64,000 nt of DNA from Calditrichia bacterium. GTDB taxonomy: Bacteria > Calditrichota > Calditrichia > JAJRVZ01. Under the pieces are notes generated by a model. It had not been told where the DNA came from. It did not search any database and saw nothing but the letters and a program-made list of their open reading frames with translations. Of this stretch, positions 21,038 to 31,985 are shown piece after piece (within the stretch, counting starts at the first letter, position 1; every line of letters starts with the position of its first letter). The stretch covers positions 96,001 through 160,000 of the forward strand of contig CAWCNS010000006.1 of assembly GCA_963796965.1 (NCBI GenBank), written 5' to 3'. The translations under genes and the position numbers were made by a program.

Positions 21038-22189
21038 TTAAATTTCTTTTTCATTAATTTCAAATTTAATATTTCGTTTTTCTAGTTCATCCAGAAAAAG
21101 ATCGGGGGGAATTGAAATCTCCTGCCGAAGTACACCACGATCTTTGATACGTCCTTCAACCAACATTTCTAATGCGATAATTGCAGGATATGCCGTTGTT
21201 CTCATCATAGCTGTCAAATTATTTTTCTTGTCCCCATATTCTATCGCCTGATAAACATAAGTTATAGGCATTCCTTCTTTTTTGCCTTTAGCAGATACAC
21301 GGATCAAGGCGACATCTTCACCTTCAAGACTAAGAGTTTCTTCAAGCAAACGTTCGAATATTTCTCTTCTTGAAATTTTCTGTTTCTGAATTATCATTTT
21401 AGTTGGTTCAACAAATCCTAAATCAATCATCGCTTTAAGTAAATGACAATGCCCTGGATAACGGATGGTTTTATAATCTAGATTCTTTATCTTACCTTCA
21501 TAGGTATAGGGTAAAGTTGAGGCCCCCCCCGAAGTATAGAAAGCTTCTAAAGATCCGTACGGCGCCGGAAACTCGAGTGACTCAATACCCGTCATCGATT
21601 CTGTGGATTTAATTGCTCCATTCTGTAAAATAATTGCGTCTTCAATATATTCATTTATTAAACCTTTAACTGAAAAAATGAGCATATACTTTAGAGGTGT
21701 TTTAGGTTCAACAGGAAGACCTCCGACACGAATGGAAAGGTCCTCCACTTCATCCAACTGTTTAATGGCATGAGCAGCCACAACAGACACCATTCCAGGA
21801 GCTAATCCACAATCGGGAATTACGCCAACTCCTGCCTCACGTGCCTTCTGATTAAGTTTAAACTGCCGTTCTACCACCAGATAATTTCCGCCCAGATCAA
21901 CGAAATGGCATCCTGTTTCAATAGCCCATTGGGTCAGATCATAATTATATTCATATGAAGCAGCACCTAATATGCCATCTACTTTGTTCATTAGTGAAAT
22001 CATTTGCTCACGATTTTTTGCATCTGCTTTATGTAATATAAGCCGGTCATCATTAAATTTATTTTTCATCTCAATGAGCGCCTGATCAGCTTGATCAGAG
22101 ATGTGAATTTCTGATATGGAGTTAAGATTGAGTAGGTCATTTACAGCCCCCATGGCCATACGTCCAGAACCGATAATAAGATATTTCAT
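21038..22189 (-). CDS. Saccharopine dehydrogenase / lysine 6-dehydrogenase family oxidoreductase
   Basis: GSGRMA Rossmann motif, FVDLGGN, PDCGLAPG, KTIRYPGH, AMMRTTA. SD GAGGA lies before ATG 22189. Confidence 0.88.
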   Translation of the reverse strand: MKYLIIGSGRMAMGAVNDLLNLNSISEIHISDQADQALIEMKNKFNDDRLILHKADAKNREQMISLMNKVDGILGAASYEYNYDLTQWAIETGCHFVDLGGNYLVVERQFKLNQKAREAGVGVIPDCGLAPGMVSVVAAHAIKQLDEVEDLSIRVGGLPVEPKTPLKYMLIFSVKGLINEYIEDAIILQNGAIKSTESMTGIESLEFPAPYGSLEAFYTSGGASTLPYTYEGKIKNLDYKTIRYPGHCHLLKAMIDLGFVEPTKMIIQKQKISRREIFERLLEETLSLEGEDVALIRVSAKGKKEGMPITYVYQAIEYGDKKNNLTAMMRTTAYPAIIALEMLVEGRIKDRGVLRQEISIPPDLFLDELEKRNIKFEINEKEI

Positions 22190-22330
22190 AAATTCTTTCC
22201 TCAATTAATTTTCTATAAATCGTGAATCATTACGTGAGTTGTGGCTCATGGGGAAATGATATATATATTTTCAATATAAACCATGGGTATCAATGTGATT
22301 ATATACCGGTTCTCAACGTCCTAACTTGTT

Positions 22331-23083
22331 TTAGATATATCTTCGTTGTCGGACAACTTCAAAAAGTACAACGGCAGATGAAACGGAGGCATTTAGTGAA
22401 TCCAGTTTCCCGAATCCGGGTATTGAGATCACTTTATTAGATAGAGTAAGGAGGTTTTTCCGAACACCTCCCCCTTCACTGCCAATAATTAAGGCCAAGG
22501 GTAGATTAAAGTCAGTATTGAAAATTTCATTTTCCCCGTTAGGCGCCATTGCCATTACCTGGATATTCTGGTCTTGAATTTTTTGAATAAAGATTATCAA
22601 ATCAGAGGTGCGGCAAATATGACAATGAAAGATTGCCCCAGCAGAGGTTTTTGCAACCGTGTTTGTAATTACTGCGCTCCCCTTCTCGGGTAAAATAATT
22701 GCTGTTACACCTGCCACTTCAGCTGTACGGATAATAGCACCGAGATTGTGTGGATCTTGTATTTGATCCAAAATTAGAATAAAAGGTTTTTTTTCCTTTT
22801 TTATCTCAGCAAGTATATCAGCCTCAGAGAGATAGGTATAACTTTCAAGATAGGCCACAATTCCTTGATGCAATACAGGCCCACAATGGCGTTGCATATT
22901 TGATTTTTTTTCATAAGAAAAAATAATCTTTTTTTGCTGACATAAATTCAATATCGCCTGGGATTCCTTCCGTTCCAATTCCTTTGCCAAAATAATTTTA
23001 TTGATCCTTTGATTAGAGCGCAACGCTTCTAATACCGGTTGTTTTCCATAAATAATAAATTCATTTTTGTCGAGATTATCCAT
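22331..23083 (-). CDS. rlmB: 23S rRNA G2251 2'-O-methyltransferase (TrmH/SpoU family)
   Basis: DPHNLGAIIRTA, KTSAGA, GSEGGG, SLNASVS. Confidence 0.9.
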   Translation of the reverse strand: MDNLDKNEFIIYGKQPVLEALRSNQRINKIILAKELERKESQAILNLCQQKKIIFSYEKKSNMQRHCGPVLHQGIVAYLESYTYLSEADILAEIKKEKKPFILILDQIQDPHNLGAIIRTAEVAGVTAIILPEKGSAVITNTVAKTSAGAIFHCHICRTSDLIIFIQKIQDQNIQVMAMAPNGENEIFNTDFNLPLALIIGSEGGGVRKNLLTLSNKVISIPGFGKLDSLNASVSSAVVLFEVVRQRRYI

Positions 23084-23314
23084 TTGAAATTTCCTTAATA
23101 CCGAATTAGTTCTTCAGTTCTCTCAGGAAGAAAAAGAGGAACATCAATTCCCAATATTTTTGAACATTAAATTTATCGGTTGGATAAATCAAAATCCATT
23201 ATTGAATTATTTTGAAATTTACTACTTCAAAACAGATAACACTAATAGGGATAAAATGGTAATAATGTAACAGCGAGCATATTTTCCTTGTATTTACTTT
23301 TAAAATTTGTATAT

Positions 23315-23332
23315 TGAATGAGTACTCATTCA
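23315..23332. promoter_or_regulatory. FadR (YsiA-type TetR) operator
   Basis: Perfect 18-bp palindrome TGAATGAGTACTCATTCA, 10 nt before the fadR ATG and overlapping a putative -10 (TATATT 23310-23315). Confidence 0.85.
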
Positions 23333-23342
23333 TTTTTGAAAT

Positions 23343-23927
23343 ATGGCACGAACTAATAATAAAAAAGAATTAATCATCAATGCTGCAATAAAAGTATTTG
23401 CAAGAAAAGGCTTTTATAATGCAAATGTTGCCGACGTTGCAAAAATGGCTGGCGTAGCCGATGGTACTATTTATTTATATTTTAAAAATAAAGATGACTT
23501 ACTCATCTCCCTTTTCGAGACTAAAATGGAAGAGGTGCTGCAACAATTCTCGGCTAGTCTGAATACCGAATCTTCACCGGAAAACAAATTATGCAAATTC
23601 ATTCACCTTTATTTTCGAATGATTGAAGAAGATCCGGATCTTGCTGAAGTTTTTCAGGTTGAATTACGGCAATCAAGTAAATTTCTTAAGGATTATCACA
23701 ATCAAAAATTTATTGATTTTCTAAATTTGATTGGTAATATCATTTATGAAGGTCAGGAAAAGGGACAATTCAGACAGGATATCAATATTCATAATATGAA
23801 AATTGTCATTTTTGGTGCTTTAGATGAACTTGCCAGACAGTGGATCCTGACTCAAGACACAAAACATGATTTGAAAAAAACAGCTGATGAAACATCTGAG
23901 ACTTTCATTAAAGGTCTGTCCAACTAA
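23343..23927 (+). CDS. fadR: TetR-family fatty acid degradation repressor (YsiA/FadR type)
   Basis: HTH AKMAGVADGTIYLYFKNKDDLLISLF, VFQVELRQS, IFGALDE. Heads the beta-oxidation operon. Confidence 0.85.
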   Translation: MARTNNKKELIINAAIKVFARKGFYNANVADVAKMAGVADGTIYLYFKNKDDLLISLFETKMEEVLQQFSASLNTESSPENKLCKFIHLYFRMIEEDPDLAEVFQVELRQSSKFLKDYHNQKFIDFLNLIGNIIYEGQEKGQFRQDINIHNMKIVIFGALDELARQWILTQDTKHDLKKTADETSETFIKGLSN

Positions 23928-24054
23928 TGGATATTCTTAGTATTCTTTTTATCGGGATACTAATGATGTGGTATATAAATTATCAACCCGGCTGAATCAA
24001 AGATTAAACTCCTCGATTCAGATTGGTTTAGAGAAATAAATTCGGAGGAATTAT

Positions 24055-25341
24055 ATGAAGAATGTTGTAATTGTTGATGGATTGCGAACACCCTTTGTCA
24101 AGGCCTGGACCGACTTTATGAAAATAGCCGCCCATGATTTAGGTTCGCTGGTTACAAGAGAACTTCTGGAAAGAAATAATATACCCGTGAATGAAATAAA
24201 TGAAGTTATCTTTGGTAATATCGCGCAACCACCAGAGGCTGCAAATGTCGCCCGAATTATTGCCTTGCAAGCAGGCATTCCCCAAAGCATTCCTTCTTTT
24301 ACCGTACAAAGAAACTGTGCCAGTGGGATGGAAGCCATAGCTAACGCCTATTATCGTATTCAAGCCGGAGAAGGTGATATGTATTTATCCGGGGGTACAG
24401 AATCCATGAGCCAAATCCCTCTTCTCTTTAATGAAGCAGCTACTAAATGGTTTGGTCAATTATCACGAGCAAAATCTGTCGGGCAACGTATGGGTACTTT
24501 TCTAAAATTTAAATTTGGATTTTTAAACCCGATCATTGGGCTAAAACTTGGATTAACGGACGGATTTTGTGGTCTTAATATGGGTGAAACAGCTGAAATA
24601 TTGGCCAAGGAATTCAATATTAGCCGTGAGGCGCAAGATGAATTTGCCATGATCAGCCATAACAGGGCTGAAAAGGCAACCAAAGAGGGAATATTCAGGG
24701 AAGAGATCGTTCCGGTCCCCGTGCCACCGAAATTTGAACAGATGCTGGATGAGGACAATGGTATCCGAGAAGGGCAGAATATGGAAGCTCTTGCAAAATT
24801 AAAGACCGTTTTCGACAGACAAAACGGAACCGTTACAGCAGGAAATGCAAGTCAAATTACTGATGGGGCAGCTGCTGTTTTGGTAATGACGGAAGAAAAA
24901 GCAAAGGAATTGGATCTACAACCTCTTGGTCGTATTCGTTCGTTCGCCTTTGCCGGATTGGATCCTTCGCGTATGGGATTAGGTCCCGCTTTCGCAACGC
25001 CCATTGCTCTGGACAGAGGCAGTGTAACGATGAATGATATTCAGTTAGTTGAAATAAATGAAGCTTTTGCAGCCCAGGTAATAGCTAATCTCAAGATATT
25101 TGAATCTGATGCATTATCAAAGAAGTATCTTAATCGGGAAAAAGCGGCTGGTTCAATAAATCAAGAGATATTAAATGTAAATGGAGGTGCCATAGCTTTA
25201 GGCCATCCTGTGGGTGCCTCCGCCACAAGATTAATCATCACTCTACTAAAAGAAATGAACAGAAGAGATCTTAATCTGGGTTTGGCCACACTCTGCGTCG
25301 GAGGAGGTCAGGGAGCAGCCTTTGTTCTGGAACGTAATTAA
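24055..25341 (+). CDS. fadI: 3-ketoacyl-CoA thiolase (FadI-like)
   Basis: RNCASG, NEAFAAQV, GGAIALGHPVGA, LCVGGGQG. Confidence 0.9.
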   Translation: MKNVVIVDGLRTPFVKAWTDFMKIAAHDLGSLVTRELLERNNIPVNEINEVIFGNIAQPPEAANVARIIALQAGIPQSIPSFTVQRNCASGMEAIANAYYRIQAGEGDMYLSGGTESMSQIPLLFNEAATKWFGQLSRAKSVGQRMGTFLKFKFGFLNPIIGLKLGLTDGFCGLNMGETAEILAKEFNISREAQDEFAMISHNRAEKATKEGIFREEIVPVPVPPKFEQMLDEDNGIREGQNMEALAKLKTVFDRQNGTVTAGNASQITDGAAAVLVMTEEKAKELDLQPLGRIRSFAFAGLDPSRMGLGPAFATPIALDRGSVTMNDIQLVEINEAFAAQVIANLKIFESDALSKKYLNREKAAGSINQEILNVNGGAIALGHPVGASATRLIITLLKEMNRRDLNLGLATLCVGGGQGAAFVLERN

Positions 25342-25410
25342 ATAAATAGAAAATTAAAATCTAGATTCAATTGATCTATATGGGATCAAAAAATCAACAG
25401 ATTTTTTAAC

Positions 25411-25439
25411 GTAGAGACATCTCGACGGGACGTCTCCAC
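25411..25439. repeat. GTAG-type REP-like palindrome
   Basis: GTAGAGACATCTCGACGGGACGTCTCCAC, an imperfect hairpin in the intergenic gap. Confidence 0.45.
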
Positions 25440-25515
25440 AGATGCAAAAAATTATAATTATTCGCTGCGTCTCCGCGAGAGAGAACTATAATGTTAAGTA
25501 ACATTTCTGAGAGGA

Positions 25516-27684
25516 ATGATTGACATGGACAAAGCTTTCCAGCTGGAAATAACAGATGATAATATCGGAATTCTCACTTTTGATCTGCCAGGCGAAAAAG
25601 TAAATAAATTTAGTACGCCGGTTGTCCAGGAATTTGAAGCGATATTGGATGATCTTCAAAAGAATACTGAATTAAAATGTTTGCTAATCATGTCCGGGAA
25701 AAAGCGAATTTTCATTGCCGGTGCTGATATCAAAGAAATTGTTAATGTTACTGATCCTGACGTGGGATATGAAGTTTCAAAAAAAGGACATGAGGTTTTT
25801 GGTAAAATTGCTTCTCTTCCTTTTCCTACTATTTCGGTCATTAATGGCGCTTGCATGGGAGGTGGTACAGAAATGTCCCTCGCGTGCACCTATCGGTTGG
25901 CCAGTGATAGCCCAAACACAAAAATCGCCTTGCCCGAAGTCAATATTGGTATTTTTCCAGGTTGGGGTGGGTCTCAACGATTACCTCGTTTAATTGGACT
26001 TCAACGAAGTCTGGATGTCATTCTTACAGGTCGAAACCTCGATGGACGTCGTGCCTATCGTTATGGAATTGCTGACAAAATAATACCAAAGGAATTAGTC
26101 AAAGATGCTGCAATTAAATTCGCCCATGATGTTATAAATGGTGTAGATGTTCTGGCTAAATCACGCTCCCGCCGGAAACAAAAGGGTCTATTTACTTTCA
26201 TTCTGGAAAAGAATCCCGTGGGTCGTGCTCTGCTATTTAAGCAAGCAAAAAAATCTGTACTAAAGAAAACAAAGGGACAGTATCCAGCGCCCTTGGAGGC
26301 TTTAAAGGCTGTCAGGAAAGGTTATGGTAAATCACTCACGCGCGGCCTTGAAATTGAGGCCAGAATTTTTGGTAATATTATTGGGTCCCCAATATCCAAA
26401 AATTTGATTAAAATATTTTTCTGGACGGAGGCTGTTAAAAGGGAAAACGGAACCACAAAACCTGATGTGCAGATAGTGCCAGTAAATAAAGCGGCCAGTC
26501 TTGGTGCCGGGGTGATGGGAGGTGGAGTGGCCCAGCTTTTCGCCAGTAGGAATATCCCCATTCGGGTAAAAGATATAAATTATGATGCTGTATCTAAAGC
26601 ATATCAACAAGCAGCGGGCGTGTTAAATGGCAAGTTAAAGAGAAGACGAATAACTAAACTGGAATTTCAACATATTCTGGGCATGATTACAAGCACCATA
26701 AATTACTCAGGTTTTGCTTCTGTTGATTTTATTGTTGAAGCGATTATTGAAGATTTAGACCTCAAAAAAAAGGTCTTTTCCGAATTGGAGAATCATATCT
26801 CAGAAGAGACCATTGTGGTATCAAACACATCCTCTCTGAGAATCGATGATATGGCAGATGCCTTCAAACACCCACAACGATTTGCTGGTATGCATTTCTT
26901 TAATCCGGTACATCGCATGCCCTTAGTAGAAGTAATACGCGGCAAAAGTACCAGTGATGAAACAATTGCCACAACCTTCCAGTTAGCAAAAAAACTTGGT
27001 AAAACACCCATTGTTGTTGGTGATGGTCCCGGCTTTTTAGTAAACCGTCTTCTAATGCCCTACATGGTTGAAGCTGTATCACTTCTTGAGGAAGGATTTT
27101 CCTTGGAAGTAATTGATCATACTATGGAAAATTTTGGAATGCCGATGGGACCCTTCGAATTGTTTGATGAAGTGGGAATCGATGTTGCAAATAAAGTATC
27201 TCATATTCTGGCGGAGACCATGGGTGATCGGATGGCTGAATCTGATCTGATTGAAAACATGGTTAAGGATGGCCGGTTAGGTAAGAAAAATGGTAAAGGA
27301 TTTTATAGATATGCGGGCAAAAAGAAAATTAATGATCCCACTGTGTCATCGTATGTTACACCAAAGGAAAAAACAGAATTATCTTCCGAGGAATTAGTCG
27401 AACGAATGATTTATCCGATGATCAATGAAGCCAGCAGATGTTTAGAAGAAAAAATTGCAAGCCGTCCTCAGGATGTTGATTTAGGTATGATTTTCGGAAC
27501 AGGCTTTGCACCTTTCCGTGGCGGGTTGCTGAGTTATGCAGATACAGAATCTATCTCAAAGGTATATGATAAATTATCATCATTTGCTGAGTTGTATGGA
27601 GATAGATTTAAACCATCTGTACCTCTCAATACAATAAATAAGTCCGGTAAAGGTATTTATGATTTTTACCAACGCGATAAGTAA
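25516..27684 (+). CDS. fadJ: Fatty acid oxidation multifunctional enzyme (enoyl-CoA hydratase/3-hydroxyacyl-CoA dehydrogenase, FadJ-like)
   Basis: FIAGADI, GGGTE, GAGVMGGG, SNTSS, GMHFFNPV. Start may be 25525. Confidence 0.92.
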   Translation: MIDMDKAFQLEITDDNIGILTFDLPGEKVNKFSTPVVQEFEAILDDLQKNTELKCLLIMSGKKRIFIAGADIKEIVNVTDPDVGYEVSKKGHEVFGKIASLPFPTISVINGACMGGGTEMSLACTYRLASDSPNTKIALPEVNIGIFPGWGGSQRLPRLIGLQRSLDVILTGRNLDGRRAYRYGIADKIIPKELVKDAAIKFAHDVINGVDVLAKSRSRRKQKGLFTFILEKNPVGRALLFKQAKKSVLKKTKGQYPAPLEALKAVRKGYGKSLTRGLEIEARIFGNIIGSPISKNLIKIFFWTEAVKRENGTTKPDVQIVPVNKAASLGAGVMGGGVAQLFASRNIPIRVKDINYDAVSKAYQQAAGVLNGKLKRRRITKLEFQHILGMITSTINYSGFASVDFIVEAIIEDLDLKKKVFSELENHISEETIVVSNTSSLRIDDMADAFKHPQRFAGMHFFNPVHRMPLVEVIRGKSTSDETIATTFQLAKKLGKTPIVVGDGPGFLVNRLLMPYMVEAVSLLEEGFSLEVIDHTMENFGMPMGPFELFDEVGIDVANKVSHILAETMGDRMAESDLIENMVKDGRLGKKNGKGFYRYAGKKKINDPTVSSYVTPKEKTELSSEELVERMIYPMINEASRCLEEKIASRPQDVDLGMIFGTGFAPFRGGLLSYADTESISKVYDKLSSFAELYGDRFKPSVPLNTINKSGKGIYDFYQRDK

Positions 27685-27929
27685 TTGACATTAACCCAAT
27701 ATATTATTTCGCACAAAAATGCGAAGGCGCAAAGAATATTACAAAATTGATAATAAAAATTACAGAATATAAGCAAGGAGTCTTTTTCATAATATACTGT
27801 ATTTTTTATTGATTCTCTTTGCGGTCGCTGCAGCGCTCTTTGAAACGACCTTATAAATCAATTAAAATATTTCAATAACAGTAATTTTAGATTTTTCCAT
27901 ATTTATTATATCCGCCAGAGGAGAAAATC

Positions 27930-29657
27930 ATGGCAGAAGAAATAGGTGATCCAAGTTTTGTAAAATCACTTTTTAGTGGTTTTATATTAGATGAACTCGT
28001 GTTTCCTTATCCGCAAATGGATAAAGACGAAGCTGAAAGTTTAGATCTAATCCTGGATTCCTTAAGAAAATTTGCAGAAAATTATGTGGATTCCCAGGAA
28101 TTTGATCGCCAGGAAAAATTTCCTGAGGATGTGATTAATGGTATAAAGGAACTTGGTCTTTTCGGATTGGTCATCCCTGAAGAGTATGGTGGATTTGGGC
28201 TCAGTACAACAGCTTATGTTAGAATACTAGAGGAAATTGCACGATACGATGGCAGTATGGCATTAATAGTAGGCGCCCACCAATCCATAGGGTTAAAAGG
28301 ACTTCTTTTATATGGTACGGAAGAACAAAAACAAAAGTATTTGCCCAAATTAGCAACTGGTGAATTAATTGCGGCCTTTGGTTTAACCGAACCTGGGGCC
28401 GGATCAGATGCGGCCGGTATAAAAACCCGGGCAGTGCGTGACGACAAAAAAGGCGTTTATATTTTAAATGGTAGCAAAATGTGGATTACAAATGGTGGTA
28501 TTGCGGATTTTTTTACCATTTTTGCAAAAGAAGAAATCGACATTCCCGGAGAAGGCAAAAAAGATAAAATTACGGCCTTTATGATCACCCGCGATATGGG
28601 AGTTCGTTCTGGTAAAAAAGAAGAAAAATTGGGCATCAGAGGTACCTCCACAACAGAAATCATTATGGAAAATGTTGAAGTACCTATTGAAAATGTTATT
28701 GGAGAACCCGGGCGTGGTTTTAAAGTGGCAATGGAGATTCTTAATACCGGCCGGATTGGTCTGGCTGGCGGAAACGTCGGTGGTGCTAAAACTGCATTGA
28801 AATATGTTCTGAAACATGTCCAGGAACGAGAGCAATTTGGACGTCCTCTAATCTCTTTTGAACTTATCAGAGAAAAAATTGCCCAAAGCGCCCTGCGTAT
28901 CTTTGTTGCTGAGTCTATCGTATATCTGACAACACAAATGATCGATCACGGAAAGATTGATTTTTCATTAGAATCTGCTATTGGCAAAACTATGGCCACT
29001 GATTATCTCTGGATTAATGTCAACGAGAGTTTACAAATGGCTGGAGGAATTGGTTACAGCCGAGAATACCCCTATGAACAATGGGTCAGAGATGCACGCA
29101 TTAATTTAATATTTGAGGGTACAAACGAAATTATGCGGATCTTTATTGCGCTTTCCGGAATTCAGGAACGTGGAGAATACTTGAAGAGAATGGGTAAAGC
29201 CCTTAATGATCCCATCAAAGGTTTTGGCCTTTTAACGGATTTCGCTGTTCATTATATGAAAGAGAGATTAACTACAGAACGCCTGCCCGATGTTCACCCA
29301 AAACTAGCAAATTCAAAAGCGGAATTTGAAGAATGGGCAAAAAATCTTCATATCACCACCGAACGCATCCTAATGAAATACGGGAAAGGTATTATTAAGA
29401 AACAAATTATTCAACGCAGGCTGGCTGATGCGGCCATTGATCTGTTTGGCATGGTTGCAACAATCTCACGTGTAGATTATTGTATCAACACAAAAGGTGA
29501 AGAGAATTGCGCAAAACTTATTTTATTTTGCAATACCTATTGTGAAGAAGCCTGGCGTCGGATTCGTCGCAATATTTTGATGGTCGATAAAAATGATGAT
29601 AATAATATACTAAAAATTGCTGACCTCATAAATGAAGATGGTGAATATAATATATAA
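27930..29657 (+). CDS. Acyl-CoA dehydrogenase (VLCAD/ACAD9-like)
   Basis: HQSIG, FGLTEPGAGSD, GSKMWITNG, IFEGTNEI, C-terminal extension. Confidence 0.93.
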   Translation: MAEEIGDPSFVKSLFSGFILDELVFPYPQMDKDEAESLDLILDSLRKFAENYVDSQEFDRQEKFPEDVINGIKELGLFGLVIPEEYGGFGLSTTAYVRILEEIARYDGSMALIVGAHQSIGLKGLLLYGTEEQKQKYLPKLATGELIAAFGLTEPGAGSDAAGIKTRAVRDDKKGVYILNGSKMWITNGGIADFFTIFAKEEIDIPGEGKKDKITAFMITRDMGVRSGKKEEKLGIRGTSTTEIIMENVEVPIENVIGEPGRGFKVAMEILNTGRIGLAGGNVGGAKTALKYVLKHVQEREQFGRPLISFELIREKIAQSALRIFVAESIVYLTTQMIDHGKIDFSLESAIGKTMATDYLWINVNESLQMAGGIGYSREYPYEQWVRDARINLIFEGTNEIMRIFIALSGIQERGEYLKRMGKALNDPIKGFGLLTDFAVHYMKERLTTERLPDVHPKLANSKAEFEEWAKNLHITTERILMKYGKGIIKKQIIQRRLADAAIDLFGMVATISRVDYCINTKGEENCAKLILFCNTYCEEAWRRIRRNILMVDKNDDNNILKIADLINEDGEYNI

Positions 29658-29766
29658 TTAAACAATCTATTGGTAGAGAAAAAATTATTCTGTCGCCAAA
29701 AACTGAAACAAATAATTTTACAATAGTTTATAGAATTGTACGATATTAAAATTAGGAGGGATTATT

Positions 29767-30519
29767 GTGAATATAGCTGTTTGTGTTAAACAGGTCCCAG
29801 ATACTGAGACAAAGGTACGAATTAATCCAGATAAAAAGGGAATAGATGAAAGTGATATAAATTTTATTCTTAACCCCTATGATGAATTTGCAGTAGAGGA
29901 AGCATTAAAGGTCAAAGAAAATAAAGGTGGTGAAGTTACTATCATTTCTCTCGGCCCGGATCGCGTTACCTCAACTATTCGCAGTGCTTTGGCCATGGGA
30001 GCTGATAAGGCTATACATATTAAAACTGAAAATATTCCAATTGACCCGATGGTAACAGCCACAGCACTCACTAAGATTCTTGAAGAAGGTAATTTTGATC
30101 TTATTTTCTTAGGGAAACAAGCCATTGATGACGACCATCAGCAGATTGGTCCAATTATTGCAGAAATGATGGGAATATCTTCAGCAAATGTTGTTACAAA
30201 ACTTACCATTGAGAATAATAAAGTTCTTGCTGATCGTCAGATAGAAGGTGGGTTTGAGAAGATTGAATGTGAATTACCAACCCTTATTACGACACAGAGA
30301 GGATTAAACGAACCCCGATACGCCTCCTTAAAAGGAATAATGGCTGCCAAAAAAATTCCAATTGAAGAAAAATTACTTGATCTTCCTGCCGAAAAATTTG
30401 AGATTCTAGAAATAAATTATCCACCTGAAAAGCCACCTGGGAAAATTGTGGGTGAAGGGGCAGATGCAGCAACGGAGTTGATCCGCCTATTAAAAGAAGA
30501 GGCAAAAGTGATTTCTTAA
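29767..30519 (+). CDS. etfB: Electron transfer flavoprotein beta subunit
   Basis: CVKQVPD, NPYDEFAVEEA, GKQAIDDD, NEPRY. Confidence 0.95.
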   Translation: MNIAVCVKQVPDTETKVRINPDKKGIDESDINFILNPYDEFAVEEALKVKENKGGEVTIISLGPDRVTSTIRSALAMGADKAIHIKTENIPIDPMVTATALTKILEEGNFDLIFLGKQAIDDDHQQIGPIIAEMMGISSANVVTKLTIENNKVLADRQIEGGFEKIECELPTLITTQRGLNEPRYASLKGIMAAKKIPIEEKLLDLPAEKFEILEINYPPEKPPGKIVGEGADAATELIRLLKEEAKVIS

Positions 30520-30580
30520 GTGTTTAGATGAAATCAATGATTTATTCGGCAAATTTAAGAATTCAAGAGGAGACTAATAG

Positions 30581-31537
30581 ATGAATAAAATTCTCGTATT
30601 TACTGAACAAAGAGATGGCGAGGTAAAGAAAATCACCTATGAAAATTTAACACTAGCTAATAAACTTAGTGCTGAAACGGGAGATCAGGTCGTCTGTGTG
30701 GTCATTGGAGATAATATTAGTAAGTTAACCGATGACCTTGCGAGATATGGGGCTTCAAAAATTATAACCTGCCAGGATGAATCCCTTTCTCTTTACCAGT
30801 CGGAAGGATATACAAAAGTTTTAACGGATATCGTGAAGGAAGAAAATGCCTCAATTATATTGATGGGTGCTACATTTATGGGTAAAGATTTAGCACCACG
30901 CCTGGCAGCAAGAATCAATGGCGCATTAGCCACAGATTGTATCTCTGTTGAGGTATCTGGTGATGATTTGATGATTGTAAGACCTATGTATGCTGGTAAA
31001 GTGAGAGCAACCATTCGATTAAAATCTGAGATAAAAGTATTGACGATTCGGCCAAACGTTTACCTTGCGGAAGAATCGGTAGTATCCGCAGAAGTGAAGG
31101 ATAGGCCTGCTGTTCCGGGAGACATGAAATCAAAGGTAACTGAAATATCAACCGGATCTGGCGATAAACTTGATGTAACTGAGGCTGATATTATTGTATC
31201 AGGAGGCAGAGGGTTAAAGGGTCCGGAAAATTTTCACCTAATAACCGATCTGACTAAAATACTTGGCGCTGCCCAGGGAGCATCACGAGCTGTTATTGAT
31301 GCCGGATGGCGGCCATACGAAGAGCAGGTGGGGCAAACAGGAAAAACCGTATCTCCTTCCCTATATATAGCCGTGGGAATATCTGGAGCAATACAACATC
31401 TGGCAGGGATGTCATCATCTAAATTTATTGTTGCAATTAATAAAGATGCTGATGCGCCGATCTTTAAGGTGGCTGATTATGGTATTGTCGGTGATTTATT
31501 TGAAGTCGTACCTAAAATGCTGGAAATATTGAAATAG
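30581..31537 (+). CDS. etfA: Electron transfer flavoprotein alpha subunit
   Basis: [24 protein letters not shown]. Confidence 0.95.
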   Translation: MNKILVFTEQRDGEVKKITYENLTLANKLSAETGDQVVCVVIGDNISKLTDDLARYGASKIITCQDESLSLYQSEGYTKVLTDIVKEENASIILMGATFMGKDLAPRLAARINGALATDCISVEVSGDDLMIVRPMYAGKVRATIRLKSEIKVLTIRPNVYLAEESVVSAEVKDRPAVPGDMKSKVTEISTGSGDKLDVTEADIIVSGGRGLKGPENFHLITDLTKILGAAQGASRAVIDAGWRPYEEQVGQTGKTVSPSLYIAVGISGAIQHLAGMSSSKFIVAINKDADAPIFKVADYGIVGDLFEVVPKMLEILK

Positions 31538-31663
31538 AATCAGATAGGAATAGTGTAGAAAAATTTATAAATAGACTGGCATAATTTTCTTTGATAAATT
31601 GTAAAGACCTTTCTATGAAACATTTTTACACCTGAACAAATAGCAATCTTTTGAACAGGCGAG

Positions 31664-31969
31664 CTATTTTTTTGATTTATTATTTTTCAACTTCTGGAGA
31701 ATCATATCTGCCGGAGTTAAATATTTTTTTTCGTTATTACAATTCTTACAGCAGGGTACAATATTCCCTTTTGTACTTTTCCCACCTCTGGAAAGTGGTA
31801 CAAGATGATCCATCGTTAACTCTTTAGATGGAAAGGATTTACCACAATAATGACACGTTCCTTTGGCAATAAGGTTTTTCCACCATTGGGAAGTTTTCAT
31901 TTCCCGGGCTTTAACTTTTTCGCGGTTAATATGTTGTTTATCTGACTTTATTTCTATCCAATCATTCAT
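31664..31969 (-). CDS. Small stand-alone HNH endonuclease-domain protein
   Basis: CHYC..LTMDHLVPLSRGG..N..CKNCN. Confidence 0.85.
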   Translation of the reverse strand: MNDWIEIKSDKQHINREKVKAREMKTSQWWKNLIAKGTCHYCGKSFPSKELTMDHLVPLSRGGKSTKGNIVPCCKNCNNEKKYLTPADMILQKLKNNKSKK

Positions 31970-31985
31970 CTTTATCCGTCCGAGA

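Noticed and set aside
31664..31969. HNH gene as a defence system or mobile element
   Set aside because: It is a minimal stand-alone HNH with no methyltransferase, repeats, Cas or integrase nearby.
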